64,000 bases of DNA, from assembly GCA_001799635.1 (NCBI GenBank), contig MGTV01000013.1, positions 21,467-85,466 on the forward strand. The letters are read 5' to 3'. Positions 16,566 through 25,569 of this stretch are shown in pieces. Below the pieces are notes generated by a model. The model ran no database searches. It was given only the letters and a program-made list of their open reading frames with translations, and had not been told where the DNA came from. The position numbers were made by a program, and so were the translations under genes. Source of the stretch: Elusimicrobia bacterium GWA2_62_23. GTDB lineage: Bacteria; Elusimicrobiota; Elusimicrobia; Elusimicrobiales; UBA9959. How positions within the stretch are numbered: position 1 is the first letter of the stretch; each line of letters begins with the position of its first letter.

Positions 16566-18410
16566 CTAGATGAACCGGACGCTGAGCCCGCACCTGAACA
16601 CCCGGCCGGGCAGCGGGTAATAGCCGTTAATAGTGTCGGCGGTCTGGGCGTAATGTTCGTCCAGCACGTTCTCCGCGCCGGCGAAAGCCTCGAACCGGTC
16701 GAACTTCCGTGAGAGGTACAGGTCGGCCGTAAAATAGGCCGGCAGCTTGAGCCCGCCGTTGTCCGCGGCCGTGTACTGGCGAGCGCTGTAATAGGCCTTT
16801 GAATTCACGTCGAACCAGGCGGTCTTCAGCCCGGCGTCCAGCGTGAAGCGGTGCCTGGGGCTGAAGGCTAGCGGTTTGTAGCCGCCGGCCGCGCCCCGGC
16901 CCTTGCTGACATTGTGCGCGTAGCCCAGCCCGGCGCTGAAGGCCGTGTTTTTGTAGCCCAGCCCCGCCTCCACGCCCCTGTTGAAAGCCGAGTCCAGATT
17001 GTAGGCCGCCCAGCTCCTGGCCGGGTCCAGTGCTATGCGGTCGCGCACGTCGGCGTAGTAGGCGGCCAGGCGCGCCCAGACGCCGCAGGCGAAATTGCCG
17101 GCCGCGGCGGCCTGCGTCTGCCAGGAATGCTCCGGCTTCAGGTCCGGCGAGCGGTCGGCCGCGGGCACCCACGGGTTATAGAGGTCGGCGAAGGTAGGCG
17201 CCTGCCAGGCCCGGCCGGCCTGGGCCGAGAACTTCCACACATAGTCCGGCGCGTACACCACCGCGAGGCGCGGACTGGCCTGGTGGGCGTAGGCCACGTT
17301 GCGGTCGTAGCGCAGCGACGGGATAAAGGTTAACCCTTTGGCCGGCTCCAGCGCCCACTGCGCAAACAGGCCCGTGTTCTGCCTGAAATGATCGCCGTAG
17401 CTGTCGGACTTGAGCAGGCCCTTGTCGTATTCCACCCCGATCTCGCCCCGGCCGGCGAAAGAGACGGCCAGACGCGCGTTGTGCGTGAGCACGCGGCTCA
17501 GTTCGTCGCCCCAGCTGGTGTGGGAGAAAAGCCGGTTCACTCCGGAGCCGCCGGAAAGGGACAGGCCCGCCCCGCCGCCCAGCGGCAGTTCGAGCGCGGC
17601 CTGGCCCAGGCCGAGGCTGGAACGCTGCAGGTCGGTGAGGGAATTGGCGGCCCGCTCCCTGGTGCCGTTCCAGTCCTCTACCGGCACGGGGGTGCCGCCG
17701 GGCACGCCGTTGCTGGAATTATTCCTCAACAGGTTTACCGAGAAGGCCCCGCCGCCCAGGGGAACTTCCGCCCGCCCGCCAAAAGACTCCTTGCGCCAGG
17801 CCGAATTGCGCTGAAAGCCGTCGGCGGCGTCCCTGGAAGCGGTGATGGAGGTTTTGGCGAAGCGCCCGCCGTTGAGCAGCGAGACGGCCGCCGAGTTGCC
17901 GCCGTAGGAAGCCAGGCCGGTAGCGAGGTCCGCCCTGGTAACGCCGGTGGCGGGTTTGCGGCTGATGAAATTCAGCAGGCCGCCTTCGGCGTCGGCGCCC
18001 TGCACCGAAGACCACGCGCCCGGCAGGATCTCCACCCGGTCCAGGCCGGCGGCCGGCAGGGCGGACAGGTCCACCGTGCCGGTAAGGTCCGCCGGCACGC
18101 GCAGGCCGTCGTAGAACACCGCCGTCTGCTTGGCCTGGAAGCCGCGCAGCCCGGCCGTGGCCAGGCCGCCCGCGCCGTTGGCCCGCCGCAGCAGCGCCGG
18201 CAGGGCGGGCGCCAGCAGGTCGGCCGCGGAGCCGGCCAGGCCGGCCGGCGAGCCGGCGGCGTAAACCTCGGCGGCGTCGGCCGGTTTGGGCAGCGCCTTC
18301 AGGGCCGTTTTGCTGATGGCGAGGTAAACCTCGCCGTTCTGTTGTGAATGGGCCCGTGGAACACAGAGGGCCGGGATAACTATAAGGAACGCAGCAATGA
18401 CTGGTCTCAT
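16566..18410 (-). CDS. TonB-dependent receptor, BtuB-like by context
   Basis: The C-terminal ...LPGRVFRCGLSVRFI ends in an aromatic residue, and plug and barrel patterns are present. I prefer the ATG at 18410 (MRPVIAAFLIVIPALCVPRAHSQ, preceded by gggagg). The track's longer N-terminus would read through the riboswitch. Confidence 0.8.
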   Translation of the reverse strand: MRPVIAAFLIVIPALCVPRAHSQQNGEVYLAISKTALKALPKPADAAEVYAAGSPAGLAGSAADLLAPALPALLRRANGAGGLATAGLRGFQAKQTAVFYDGLRVPADLTGTVDLSALPAAGLDRVEILPGAWSSVQGADAEGGLLNFISRKPATGVTRADLATGLASYGGNSAAVSLLNGGRFAKTSITASRDAADGFQRNSAWRKESFGGRAEVPLGGGAFSVNLLRNNSSNGVPGGTPVPVEDWNGTRERAANSLTDLQRSSLGLGQAALELPLGGGAGLSLSGGSGVNRLFSHTSWGDELSRVLTHNARLAVSFAGRGEIGVEYDKGLLKSDSYGDHFRQNTGLFAQWALEPAKGLTFIPSLRYDRNVAYAHQASPRLAVVYAPDYVWKFSAQAGRAWQAPTFADLYNPWVPAADRSPDLKPEHSWQTQAAAAGNFACGVWARLAAYYADVRDRIALDPARSWAAYNLDSAFNRGVEAGLGYKNTAFSAGLGYAHNVSKGRGAAGGYKPLAFSPRHRFTLDAGLKTAWFDVNSKAYYSARQYTAADNGGLKLPAYFTADLYLSRKFDRFEAFAGAENVLDEHYAQTADTINGYYPLPGRVFRCGLSVRFI

Positions 18411-18414
18411 TTTT

Positions 18415-18585
18415 CCTCCCGCGAGAGTTGCCGCGCCAAAAAGGCGGCTCCTCCACCGGGTGGAAAAGGCCGTCCCTCGCAGGCTGCGACAGTTCAGGCG
18501 GTAGACCGGGCTAAGTCCGTCAGGGACGGACATCACCGTTGCGGGGCAGCCCCGGATTCAAACCGGGTTCCTCCGCCGGAACATG
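18415..18585 (-). promoter_or_regulatory. Cobalamin riboswitch (compact aptamer about 18493-18581, plus expression platform)
   Basis: The minus strand reads TTCCGGCGG-AGGAACCCGGTTTGAATCCGGGGCTGCCCCGCAACGGTGA...CTTAGCCCGGTCTACCGCCTGAA. It shows the conserved GAA.CCGGT..AATCCGG.GCTGCCCCGCAAC.GT core, a B12-box-like AGCCCGGTCTACCGCC, and a closing P1 (TTCCGGCGG/CCGCCTGAA, one mismatch). It sits directly 5' of a TonB receptor. Confidence 0.7.
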
Positions 18586-18667
18586 GAAATTATACCAAAT
18601 CGAAAAAAGACCGGGCCCGCGGGAATGCCCCGGGGCCCGGCTGCAGCGCGAAACCGCGCGGACCGGC

Positions 18668-19165
18668 TTACGCCGCCTTGCGCTTGCCTACGTGGCGGTC
18701 TATGTACATCAGCGAGCCCTTGGACTCGCCTACCATCTTGAGCTGCTGCAGGATGGCGTCCACATTGGCCTCTTCCTCCACCTGCTCGGTCACGAACCAG
18801 CGGAGCATTTCCACCGCGGCGAAGTCCTTTTCGGCCAGGGCGGTCTCCATCATTTTGTTGATCTCCTGGCTCACGTGCACCTCGTGGTCGAAGGCGGCCT
18901 GGATGGCGTCCAGCGCGCCCTTGTACTTTACGGGAGCGGCCGGCACGGCGCCCACCAGGATAGCGCCGCGGCGCTCCTTGAGGTGGTTGTAGAATTTCAT
19001 GGCGTGGCCGCGTTCCTCGCCGGCCTGGATCTCCATCCAGCTGGCGAACCCGGGCAGGTTCTGGCCCTCGAACCAGCCGGCCATGGCCTGGTAAAGGTGC
19101 GAGTTGTAGAACTCCGCGTTCATCTGCTTGTTCAACAGCGCTTCCATTTTCTTGTTAGGTACCAT
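18668..19165 (-). CDS. Non-haem ferritin
   Basis: LNKQMNAEFYNSHLYQAMAGWF, QAGEERGHAMKFYNHL and HEVHVSQEIN are ferroxidase-centre helices. Confidence 0.9.
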   Translation of the reverse strand: MVPNKKMEALLNKQMNAEFYNSHLYQAMAGWFEGQNLPGFASWMEIQAGEERGHAMKFYNHLKERRGAILVGAVPAAPVKYKGALDAIQAAFDHEVHVSQEINKMMETALAEKDFAAVEMLRWFVTEQVEEEANVDAILQQLKMVGESKGSLMYIDRHVGKRKAA

Positions 19166-19195
19166 TGTAGTTTCCTCCTGATATTCCGTTAAGCT

Positions 19196-19597
19196 TTACT
19201 TTCCCCGTTTCTTCCTTCCCAGGATCACCAGGTGGTAATCTTCCACCTCGAAATCCGGCAAAGCTATGTTCCCCGGCAGGCGCACCGCCGCCCAGGGAAT
19301 GTCGTAGATGCGGCCGGTGGCCTGGTCCACCAAATGGTGGTGCCGCTCGGTCACCGGGTCGTACACGGCGCGGCCGCCTTTGAGCGCCCGGCGGCGGGCC
19401 AGGCCCTTCTGCGCGAACAGCTCCAGCGTATTGTACACGGTGGCGCGCGACACGCCCGGGTACGCGGCCTTCACCAGCGCCCACACGTCCTCGGCCGAAG
19501 GATGGTTGAAGTTGCCGAAGAACTTGGCCGCCACCGCGAGGCGGGGCAGCGTGGGGCGGATGCCACCGGTCTTTAGAAGTTCCACATGCTTGTCCAC
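19196..19597 (-). CDS. fur: Fur-family transcriptional regulator
   Basis: RPTLPRLAVAAKF, SAEDVWALV, VSRATVYNTLELFAQKGL and ERHHHLVD. Confidence 0.85.
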   Translation of the reverse strand: MDKHVELLKTGGIRPTLPRLAVAAKFFGNFNHPSAEDVWALVKAAYPGVSRATVYNTLELFAQKGLARRRALKGGRAVYDPVTERHHHLVDQATGRIYDIPWAAVRLPGNIALPDFEVEDYHLVILGRKKRGK

Positions 19598-19611
19598 ACA
19601 TCTATACTACA

Positions 19612-19623
19612 TCTAAATTTAGA
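19612..19623. promoter_or_regulatory. 12-bp AT-rich palindrome TCTAAATTTAGA upstream of fur (possible Fur-type box)
   Basis: Perfect palindrome 15 nt upstream of the fur ATG, in an AT-rich leader. Confidence 0.3.
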
Positions 19624-19757
19624 CAATGTCAAGAGGCAAGGCGCGCGGACGCGGAATTGAGTTTACGGCTGCGCGCTGTTTTCTTTTCTCCCCCCGCTCT
19701 CATTCTGTCAGATAGGGAAGGCCAAGTCAACAGCCGGCATTTAATATAATTCCTTAT

Positions 19758-20525
19758 ATGAAGGCCACCCCCGCCAACGAGAAGTTCTACTGGAACGCCC
19801 GCGCCGCCAATTACCCGCAGCCTTTCGAGCGGGAGACGCTTTTAAAGACCCGGCGGATCATTAAACTGGCCGAGGGCCTGGGGGCGCAATTCACCGGCCG
19901 GCGGGTGCTGGACATAGGCTGCGGCACCGGCAACTACGCCCTGCCGCTCGCGGCCAGGGCCAAAAGCGTGACCGGGGTGGATTCTTCGGCCGCCATGCTG
20001 AAGGTCTTCAGGGCCGAAAAAAGGGCGCGGGGCATAAAGAACGCCCGCTGCCTGCCAGGGGACTGGCGGAAACTGCCCGCGGCGCGTGTGGCCGGGCGCT
20101 ATGACCTGGCGCTGGTGAGCATGAGCGCGGCCGTGCGCGCTAAAGAGGATATTATAAAGATGGAGCTGGCGGCCCGCGAGCGCTGCGTGTTCATAGGCTG
20201 GGCCGGAGTGCGCCGCAACGCCCTGCTGGAGAAGGTCTACAAGCACCACGGCGTGCCCTACCGGGCGCCGGACGGGGCGGAGCGGATACTGCCGGTGCTC
20301 AAGGCGCTGGGGCGCAAATACAAATTGCGTTATATCCGCGACAGCTGGACCAAGGCCCTGACCCCGGCCGAGACCCTGCGCGAGTTGGAAGTGAACATGC
20401 GGGTGAACGGCGCCCGCCCCGACTACCGCTGGCTGGGGCCGCTGCTCATGAAGGCCACCCGGAACGGGGTGATAAAACAGACCACCCTGGCCCGCAAGGC
20501 CATTATTACCTGGCCTGTCCCTTAG
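19758..20525 (+). CDS. Class I SAM-dependent methyltransferase
   Basis: VLDIGCGTGNYALPLA motif I. 255 aa. Confidence 0.8.
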   Translation: MKATPANEKFYWNARAANYPQPFERETLLKTRRIIKLAEGLGAQFTGRRVLDIGCGTGNYALPLAARAKSVTGVDSSAAMLKVFRAEKRARGIKNARCLPGDWRKLPAARVAGRYDLALVSMSAAVRAKEDIIKMELAARERCVFIGWAGVRRNALLEKVYKHHGVPYRAPDGAERILPVLKALGRKYKLRYIRDSWTKALTPAETLRELEVNMRVNGARPDYRWLGPLLMKATRNGVIKQTTLARKAIITWPVP

Positions 20526-20544
20526 CGCCCTCCTTTTCGCCCGC

Positions 20545-20573
20545 AAAAAGCCCCGCTGCCGGGGCTTTTTCAT
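20545..20573 (+). terminator. Intrinsic terminator
   Basis: aaaaagccccg-ctgc-cggggcttttt. Confidence 0.8.
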
Positions 20574-20637
20574 TTAGCCTGAAACTTTTAGCCTCCGGCC
20601 GCATCTCATATATGTAGGGAAAACACTGGAGGCAGTA

Positions 20638-21978
20638 ATGATGAACGTTCTCACCGCTTTTATCCTGTTAGCCGCGGCCCCGGCAACTGCCGGGGTTACT
20701 CTTGGCGAAGCCGTAGAGAAGGGCCTAAAGGCCGATAATCTCCTTAAAGAGCAGGCCGCCGCCGTTACCGGCGCCAGGGCCGGTCTCTCCCAGGCGCGCC
20801 TCGCCCGCTTGGGCGGCTTCAAGCTCAAGGGCATGTACACCGACGGCACCGACCCGGTTTACGCCTTCGCCACCGCCATGAAGCAGGGCACCTTCACCAT
20901 GGCCTCCATGGCTACCATCAACGATCCCGACCCGGCCCGCAACTACATGGCCGGCGTGGAGGCCGGGGTGCCGCTGTTCACGGGTTTCGCCGTGAGCAAC
21001 TCGGTGAAAATGGGCAAACTTGGCGCCGAAGCCGCCCAGCACGGCTATGAACGGGCCAAGGCCGGCGTCACTTTCAAGATCACCTACCAGTGGCTCACCG
21101 TGCTGCTGCGCCAGCGCCTGGCCGAACTGGCCGGGGAGACAGTGCTGGCGGCCGAGGCCGAACTGAAGACCGCCCAGATGCTCAAGGATAAGGGCATGGT
21201 GCTGGGTTCCGACTATTACGGCGCGGAGGCCATTCTTTCCACCCTGCGCGGCTATAAAGTGAATTGGGACAAAGGCCTGGAACTGGAGCGGCAGAAGCTC
21301 GCCCTCACCCTGGGGCTGGACCCGGCCGCCGAGCCGGTCTCGGCCGAAGGCGCCCTGGTTGAAGCCGGGCCCGCCGCCGCAGCCCGCGACGCCCTGCTGG
21401 CCGCCGCCGCCAACCGCCGGGACCTGAAGGCCCTGGAGAAAGCCGCCGAGATGCAGAAGACCGGCCTGGCCATGCAGGAGAATTCCGTACTGCCTACCGT
21501 GGAGGCCTTCGGCTCCTGGGAAACCAATTCGGAAAGCCTCAGCGAGTTCAGGGACAACCGCATGCTGGGACTGCGCCTCACCCTGCCGCTGGGCGACCCA
21601 GGCTATTTCGCCCGCAAGAACGCGGCTAAAGCGCAGGCGGCCATGGCCGCCGCCAGGCTGGACGAAGCCCGCCGCCAGGCCTCCGTGGAAGTGATGGACT
21701 CGCTCAACAATTTCGCCGCCGCCAGGGAGTCCCTGCCGGTGGCCAAAGAGACCGTGGAGAAAGCCCGCCAGTCGCTGGAGCTGTTCCGCCCGCTGTACCG
21801 CCAGGGCCGCCAGAGCGTGCTGGAAGTACTGCGCGCCCAGGCCGCGGTGCTGCAGGCCGAGGCCGGTTACTACGAGACCCTCTACAAGCTGAACCTCTAC
21901 CACGCCCAGGCGCTGCTCGCCGCCGAGAAGCTCGACGCGGCCGCCGTGGCGGAAATGTCGTCCAAGCTGTCCAGGTAA
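20638..21978 (+). CDS. TolC-family outer-membrane efflux protein
   Basis: Signal peptide, then two OEP-type repeats (GVTLGEAVEKGLKADNLLKEQ..., ...LEVLRAQAAVLQAEAGYYETLYKLNLYHAQAL). Confidence 0.8.
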   Translation: MMNVLTAFILLAAAPATAGVTLGEAVEKGLKADNLLKEQAAAVTGARAGLSQARLARLGGFKLKGMYTDGTDPVYAFATAMKQGTFTMASMATINDPDPARNYMAGVEAGVPLFTGFAVSNSVKMGKLGAEAAQHGYERAKAGVTFKITYQWLTVLLRQRLAELAGETVLAAEAELKTAQMLKDKGMVLGSDYYGAEAILSTLRGYKVNWDKGLELERQKLALTLGLDPAAEPVSAEGALVEAGPAAAARDALLAAAANRRDLKALEKAAEMQKTGLAMQENSVLPTVEAFGSWETNSESLSEFRDNRMLGLRLTLPLGDPGYFARKNAAKAQAAMAAARLDEARRQASVEVMDSLNNFAAARESLPVAKETVEKARQSLELFRPLYRQGRQSVLEVLRAQAAVLQAEAGYYETLYKLNLYHAQALLAAEKLDAAAVAEMSSKLSR

Positions 21979-21990
21979 AAGGAAACCAAC

Positions 21991-24900
21991 ATGCAGAACA
22001 TCGAACACAAATACGGAATGGCCGGCCGCATGGCCCAGGGGTTTATAGGCTCGCGCCTGACCCCCATCCTCATCATCACCTTCATCCTGCTGGGCGTTTT
22101 TTCCACCTTCAAGCTGCCGCGCGAGGAGGAACCCCAGATCAACGTGCCCATGTTCGACGTCATGGTGCCCTTCTACGGGGCCGCCCCGAAGGAAATAGAG
22201 AAACACCTGGTGGAAGTGGGCGAGCGCAAGATCTGGGAGATCCCCGGCGTGGAATACATCTACTCCATCGCCTATCCCAATTTCGCCATGTTCACCGTGC
22301 GCTTCAAGGTGGGCACCTCCCCCGAGGACGCCGCTAACCTGCTCTACACCAAGACGCTGGACAACAAGGACCTGTTCCCCAAGGCCGCCGGTGAGCCGCT
22401 CATAAAGTTCCGCGCCATAGACGACGTGCCCGTGCTGGCCCTTACCCTGTGGGGCGAAGGCCGCGACGGCTACAATCTGCGCCGCGCCGCCGCCCGCATC
22501 CAGACCGAGCTGAACTCGGTGGCCAACGTCTCCGAGACCCGCATCATAGGCGGCCACAAGCGCCAGTTCATAGTGCATTTCGACCCGGCCGCCCTGGCCC
22601 GGCACCGCCTCACCCCGCCCATGCTCGCCGGCGTCATCAAGATGTCCAACGCCTCGCTGCCCTCAGGCCACTACAATAACGGCGATACCCGCCTGCTGGC
22701 CGAGACCGACGCCTTCATACGCAGCGCCGAAGACCTCAGGAACATCATAGTGGGCGTTTACGACGGGCACCCCGTGAAGCTCTCCGAGATAGCCGACGTC
22801 AAGGACGGCCCCGACGAGGACGAACGCTCCGTCACCATGCTGGCCGGCCCCGCCTCCCCGGTGAAGATAAGCGACGGCAAGGACGCCGTCACCATCTCCG
22901 TGGCCAAGCGCCGCGGCGCCAACGCCACCGAAGTGTCGCGCGAGATCCTGGCCAAGGTGGAGAAGATGAAGGGCCATGAGATCCCCGACGGCGTTAACGT
23001 AACCGTTACGCGCAACTACGGCGAGACCGCCAAGGCGAAGTCCGACGAGCTCATCTACCACATGCTGCTGGCCACGCTCTCGGTGACGCTGCTCATAGCG
23101 CTCACCCTGGGCCTGCGCGAGGCCGCGGTGGTGCTGGTGGCCATCCCGGTAACCCTGGCTCTCACCATGCTGGTGTATTACCTCTACGGCTACACCCTCA
23201 ACCGCATCACCCTGTTCGCGCTCATCTTCTCCATCGGCATCCTGGTGGACGACGCCATTGTGGTGGTGGAGAACATCAACCGGCACTGCGCGGCCAATAA
23301 GAAGAACTCGCTGTTCCGCAATATCCTCAACGCCGTGGACGAGGTGGGCAACCCGACGATACTAGCCACCTGGACGGTCATCGCCTCCATCCTGCCCATG
23401 GCCTTCGTGAGCGGCATGATGGGCCCGTACATGCGCCCCATCCCCATAGGCGCCTCGGTGGCCATGCTGTTCTCGCTGTTCGTGGCCTTCGCCTTCACCC
23501 CGTGGCTGTACGCCAAGGTGGTGCAGCGCTGGCCGCTCAAGCATTGCCATAACGCCCAGGAAGGCTACCTGGACCGCAACTACCGCGCCCTCATGAAGAA
23601 GCTCATTTACACCCCGGCCAACGGCAAGAAGTTCCTGCTGTTCACCGCCGGGCTGCTGGCGGCCGTGCTGGCCATGCTGGCCTTCCGCCTGGTCATCTTC
23701 AAGACGCTGCCCTTCGACAACAAGAACGAGTTCCAGGTGGTCATAAACATGCCGGAGAGCTCTTCCATAGAGCGCACCGAAAGGGCCGCGAAGGAAATGG
23801 CCTCCTACCTGGCCGGCGTGCCCGAAGTGCGCGACCTGCAGGTTTACGCCGGCGCCTCCGCCCCGTACAACTTCAACGGCCTGGTGCGCCATTACTTCCT
23901 GCGCCGCGAGCCTTACCAGGCGGACATCCAGGTGAACCTGTCCGACAAGCACGACCGCAAGCGCCAGAGCCACGACATCGCCCTGGCCGTGCGCGCCCCG
24001 CTGAAGAAGATAGCCGACGGTTACGGCGCCCGCGTACAGGTGGCGGAAGTGCCCCCGGGCCCGCCGGTCATGTCCACCATGCTGGTGGAAGTGTTCGACC
24101 CCAATCCCAAGAACCAGCGCGCCCTCGCCGAGGATATAAAGGACCTGCTGAAGAGGACCGAGGGCATAGTGGACGTGGATTCCTACATCCCCGAAGACCA
24201 GCCCATGACGCGCCTGCTGGTGGACCGCCAGAAGGCCACCTTGAACGGCGTGGCCGCGGCCGACATAGTTCAGACCGCCGCCCTGTCGCTCAACGGCGCC
24301 GACATAGATTCGGCCCACGTGGAGGAGGAGGCCGAGGCCGTGGATATCCGGCTGCGCCTGGCCCCGGAAAAGCGCCGCCGCCTGGAAACGCTGAAGGAAA
24401 TAAAGTTCTTCTCGCCCAACGGCACCGCCATCCCCATGGCGAGCTTCGTGCGGGCCGAGACCGGCCTGGAGAACCAGCCTATCTTCCACAAGAACCTGCA
24501 GCGCGTGGCTTACGTTACCGCCGACATCGCCGGCGGCACGGAGAGCCCGGTGTACGCCGTGCTGGACCTGAAGAAGAAGATAGACGAATTGTCCAAGGCC
24601 CGCGGCGCCAGGATCAACCAGTACTTCACCCGCCAGCCGGCCAGCTCCGCCGAGACCGCTATAAAGTGGGACGGCGAATGGCATATCACCTACGAGGTGT
24701 TCCGGGACCTGGGCCTGGCCTTCGCCATGGTGCTGGTGCTCATCTACATCCTGGTGGTGGCCTGGTTCGAGGACTTCATAACCCCCGTCATCATCATGGC
24801 CGCCATCCCCATGGCGCTCATAGGCATAATACCGGCGCATTGGGGCCTGGGGGCGTTCTTCACCGCCACGTCCATGATAGGCTTCATAGCCTCGGCGGGC

Positions 24901-25251
24901 ATAGTGGTGCGCAATTCCATCATCCTGGTGGACTTCATTAACCTGAAGGTGCGCGAGGGCATGCCGCTGAGGGAGGCCGTGATAGAGGCCGGCGTGGTGC
25001 GCTTTAGGCCCATGCTGCTCACGGCGCTGGCGGTAATAGTGGGCGCGGGCGTGATCCTGTTCGACCCCATCTTCCAGGGGCTGGCCATCTCGCTGATAGC
25101 CGGGCAGATAGCGGCCACGCTCTTGAGCCGCGTGGCGGTGCCGGTGCTCTACTTCCTGGCCTTCAAGGACCAGGAACACCGGCTGCGCCCGGAGCGGCCC
25201 GCCCCCGAAGCCGATTCCGACGAAGAACTCCTCGGCGCCACCGGCGAATAA
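21991..25251 (+). CDS. RND efflux transporter permease (AcrB/CzcA superfamily)
   Basis: 1086 aa with 12-TM RND topology. Motifs include FSIGILVDDAIVVVENI and GIVVRNSIILVDF. Confidence 0.9.
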   Translation: MQNIEHKYGMAGRMAQGFIGSRLTPILIITFILLGVFSTFKLPREEEPQINVPMFDVMVPFYGAAPKEIEKHLVEVGERKIWEIPGVEYIYSIAYPNFAMFTVRFKVGTSPEDAANLLYTKTLDNKDLFPKAAGEPLIKFRAIDDVPVLALTLWGEGRDGYNLRRAAARIQTELNSVANVSETRIIGGHKRQFIVHFDPAALARHRLTPPMLAGVIKMSNASLPSGHYNNGDTRLLAETDAFIRSAEDLRNIIVGVYDGHPVKLSEIADVKDGPDEDERSVTMLAGPASPVKISDGKDAVTISVAKRRGANATEVSREILAKVEKMKGHEIPDGVNVTVTRNYGETAKAKSDELIYHMLLATLSVTLLIALTLGLREAAVVLVAIPVTLALTMLVYYLYGYTLNRITLFALIFSIGILVDDAIVVVENINRHCAANKKNSLFRNILNAVDEVGNPTILATWTVIASILPMAFVSGMMGPYMRPIPIGASVAMLFSLFVAFAFTPWLYAKVVQRWPLKHCHNAQEGYLDRNYRALMKKLIYTPANGKKFLLFTAGLLAAVLAMLAFRLVIFKTLPFDNKNEFQVVINMPESSSIERTERAAKEMASYLAGVPEVRDLQVYAGASAPYNFNGLVRHYFLRREPYQADIQVNLSDKHDRKRQSHDIALAVRAPLKKIADGYGARVQVAEVPPGPPVMSTMLVEVFDPNPKNQRALAEDIKDLLKRTEGIVDVDSYIPEDQPMTRLLVDRQKATLNGVAAADIVQTAALSLNGADIDSAHVEEEAEAVDIRLRLAPEKRRRLETLKEIKFFSPNGTAIPMASFVRAETGLENQPIFHKNLQRVAYVTADIAGGTESPVYAVLDLKKKIDELSKARGARINQYFTRQPASSAETAIKWDGEWHITYEVFRDLGLAFAMVLVLIYILVVAWFEDFITPVIIMAAIPMALIGIIPAHWGLGAFFTATSMIGFIASAGIVVRNSIILVDFINLKVREGMPLREAVIEAGVVRFRPMLLTALAVIVGAGVILFDPIFQGLAISLIAGQIAATLLSRVAVPVLYFLAFKDQEHRLRPERPAPEADSDEELLGATGE

Positions 25252-25252
25252 A

Positions 25253-25365
25253 ATAAATAGGGACAGACACCTATTTACAGGACACTGAATCAACTAAAAA
25301 TTCATATAAAACAAGCATAAAACTAAAGACAAGCAAAATAAAAATAGGTGTCTGTCCCTATTTAT
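25253..25365. repeat. AT-rich 113-nt element: 24-bp perfect inverted repeats flanking a 65-nt A-rich spacer
   Basis: The left arm 25253-25276 (ataaatagggacagacacctattt) is the exact reverse complement of the right arm 25342-25365. I count 33 G+C of 113 nt, against about 65% elsewhere. Confidence 0.8.
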
Positions 25366-25377
25366 ATGGAGAATAAT

Positions 25378-25569
25378 ATGAAGCTTAATGACGCGCTGAG
25401 GCTGCTGGCGGGGGTGATGGTGCTGTTGAGCGTTACGCTGACGCTCTACGTGGACGAAAATTTCGTCTGGCTGACGGTGTTCGTGGGCCTGAACCTGCTT
25501 CAGTCGGCCTTCACCGGCTGGTGCCCGGCCATCTGGGCTTTCCGGAAGCTGGGCTTAAAGGAATCCTGA
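25378..25569 (+). CDS. DUF2892 (YgaP-like) small membrane protein
   Basis: MKLNDALRLLAGVMVLLSVTLTLYV...LNLLQSAFTGWCPAIWAFRKLG. GGAGA lies 5 nt before the ATG at 25378. The track start at 25348 lies inside the inverted repeat. Confidence 0.7.
   Translation: MKLNDALRLLAGVMVLLSVTLTLYVDENFVWLTVFVGLNLLQSAFTGWCPAIWAFRKLGLKES

Noticed and set aside
18348-19192. Plus-strand ORFs 18348..18992 and 18539..19192
   Set aside because: They overlap the riboswitch leader and lie antisense to the ferritin gene. Their composition is not protein-like.
20725-25293. 626-aa and 643-aa minus-strand ORFs (20725..22605 and 23362..25293)
   Set aside because: Antisense to the TolC and RND genes, with low-complexity G/H/A/V/R composition.
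25500-25569. 70-nt convergent overlap between the DUF2892 gene and the 390-aa membrane protein gene, considered as a possible frameshift or mis-call
   Set aside because: Sequence alone gives no evidence for a frameshift. I keep both genes and flag the end uncertainty.
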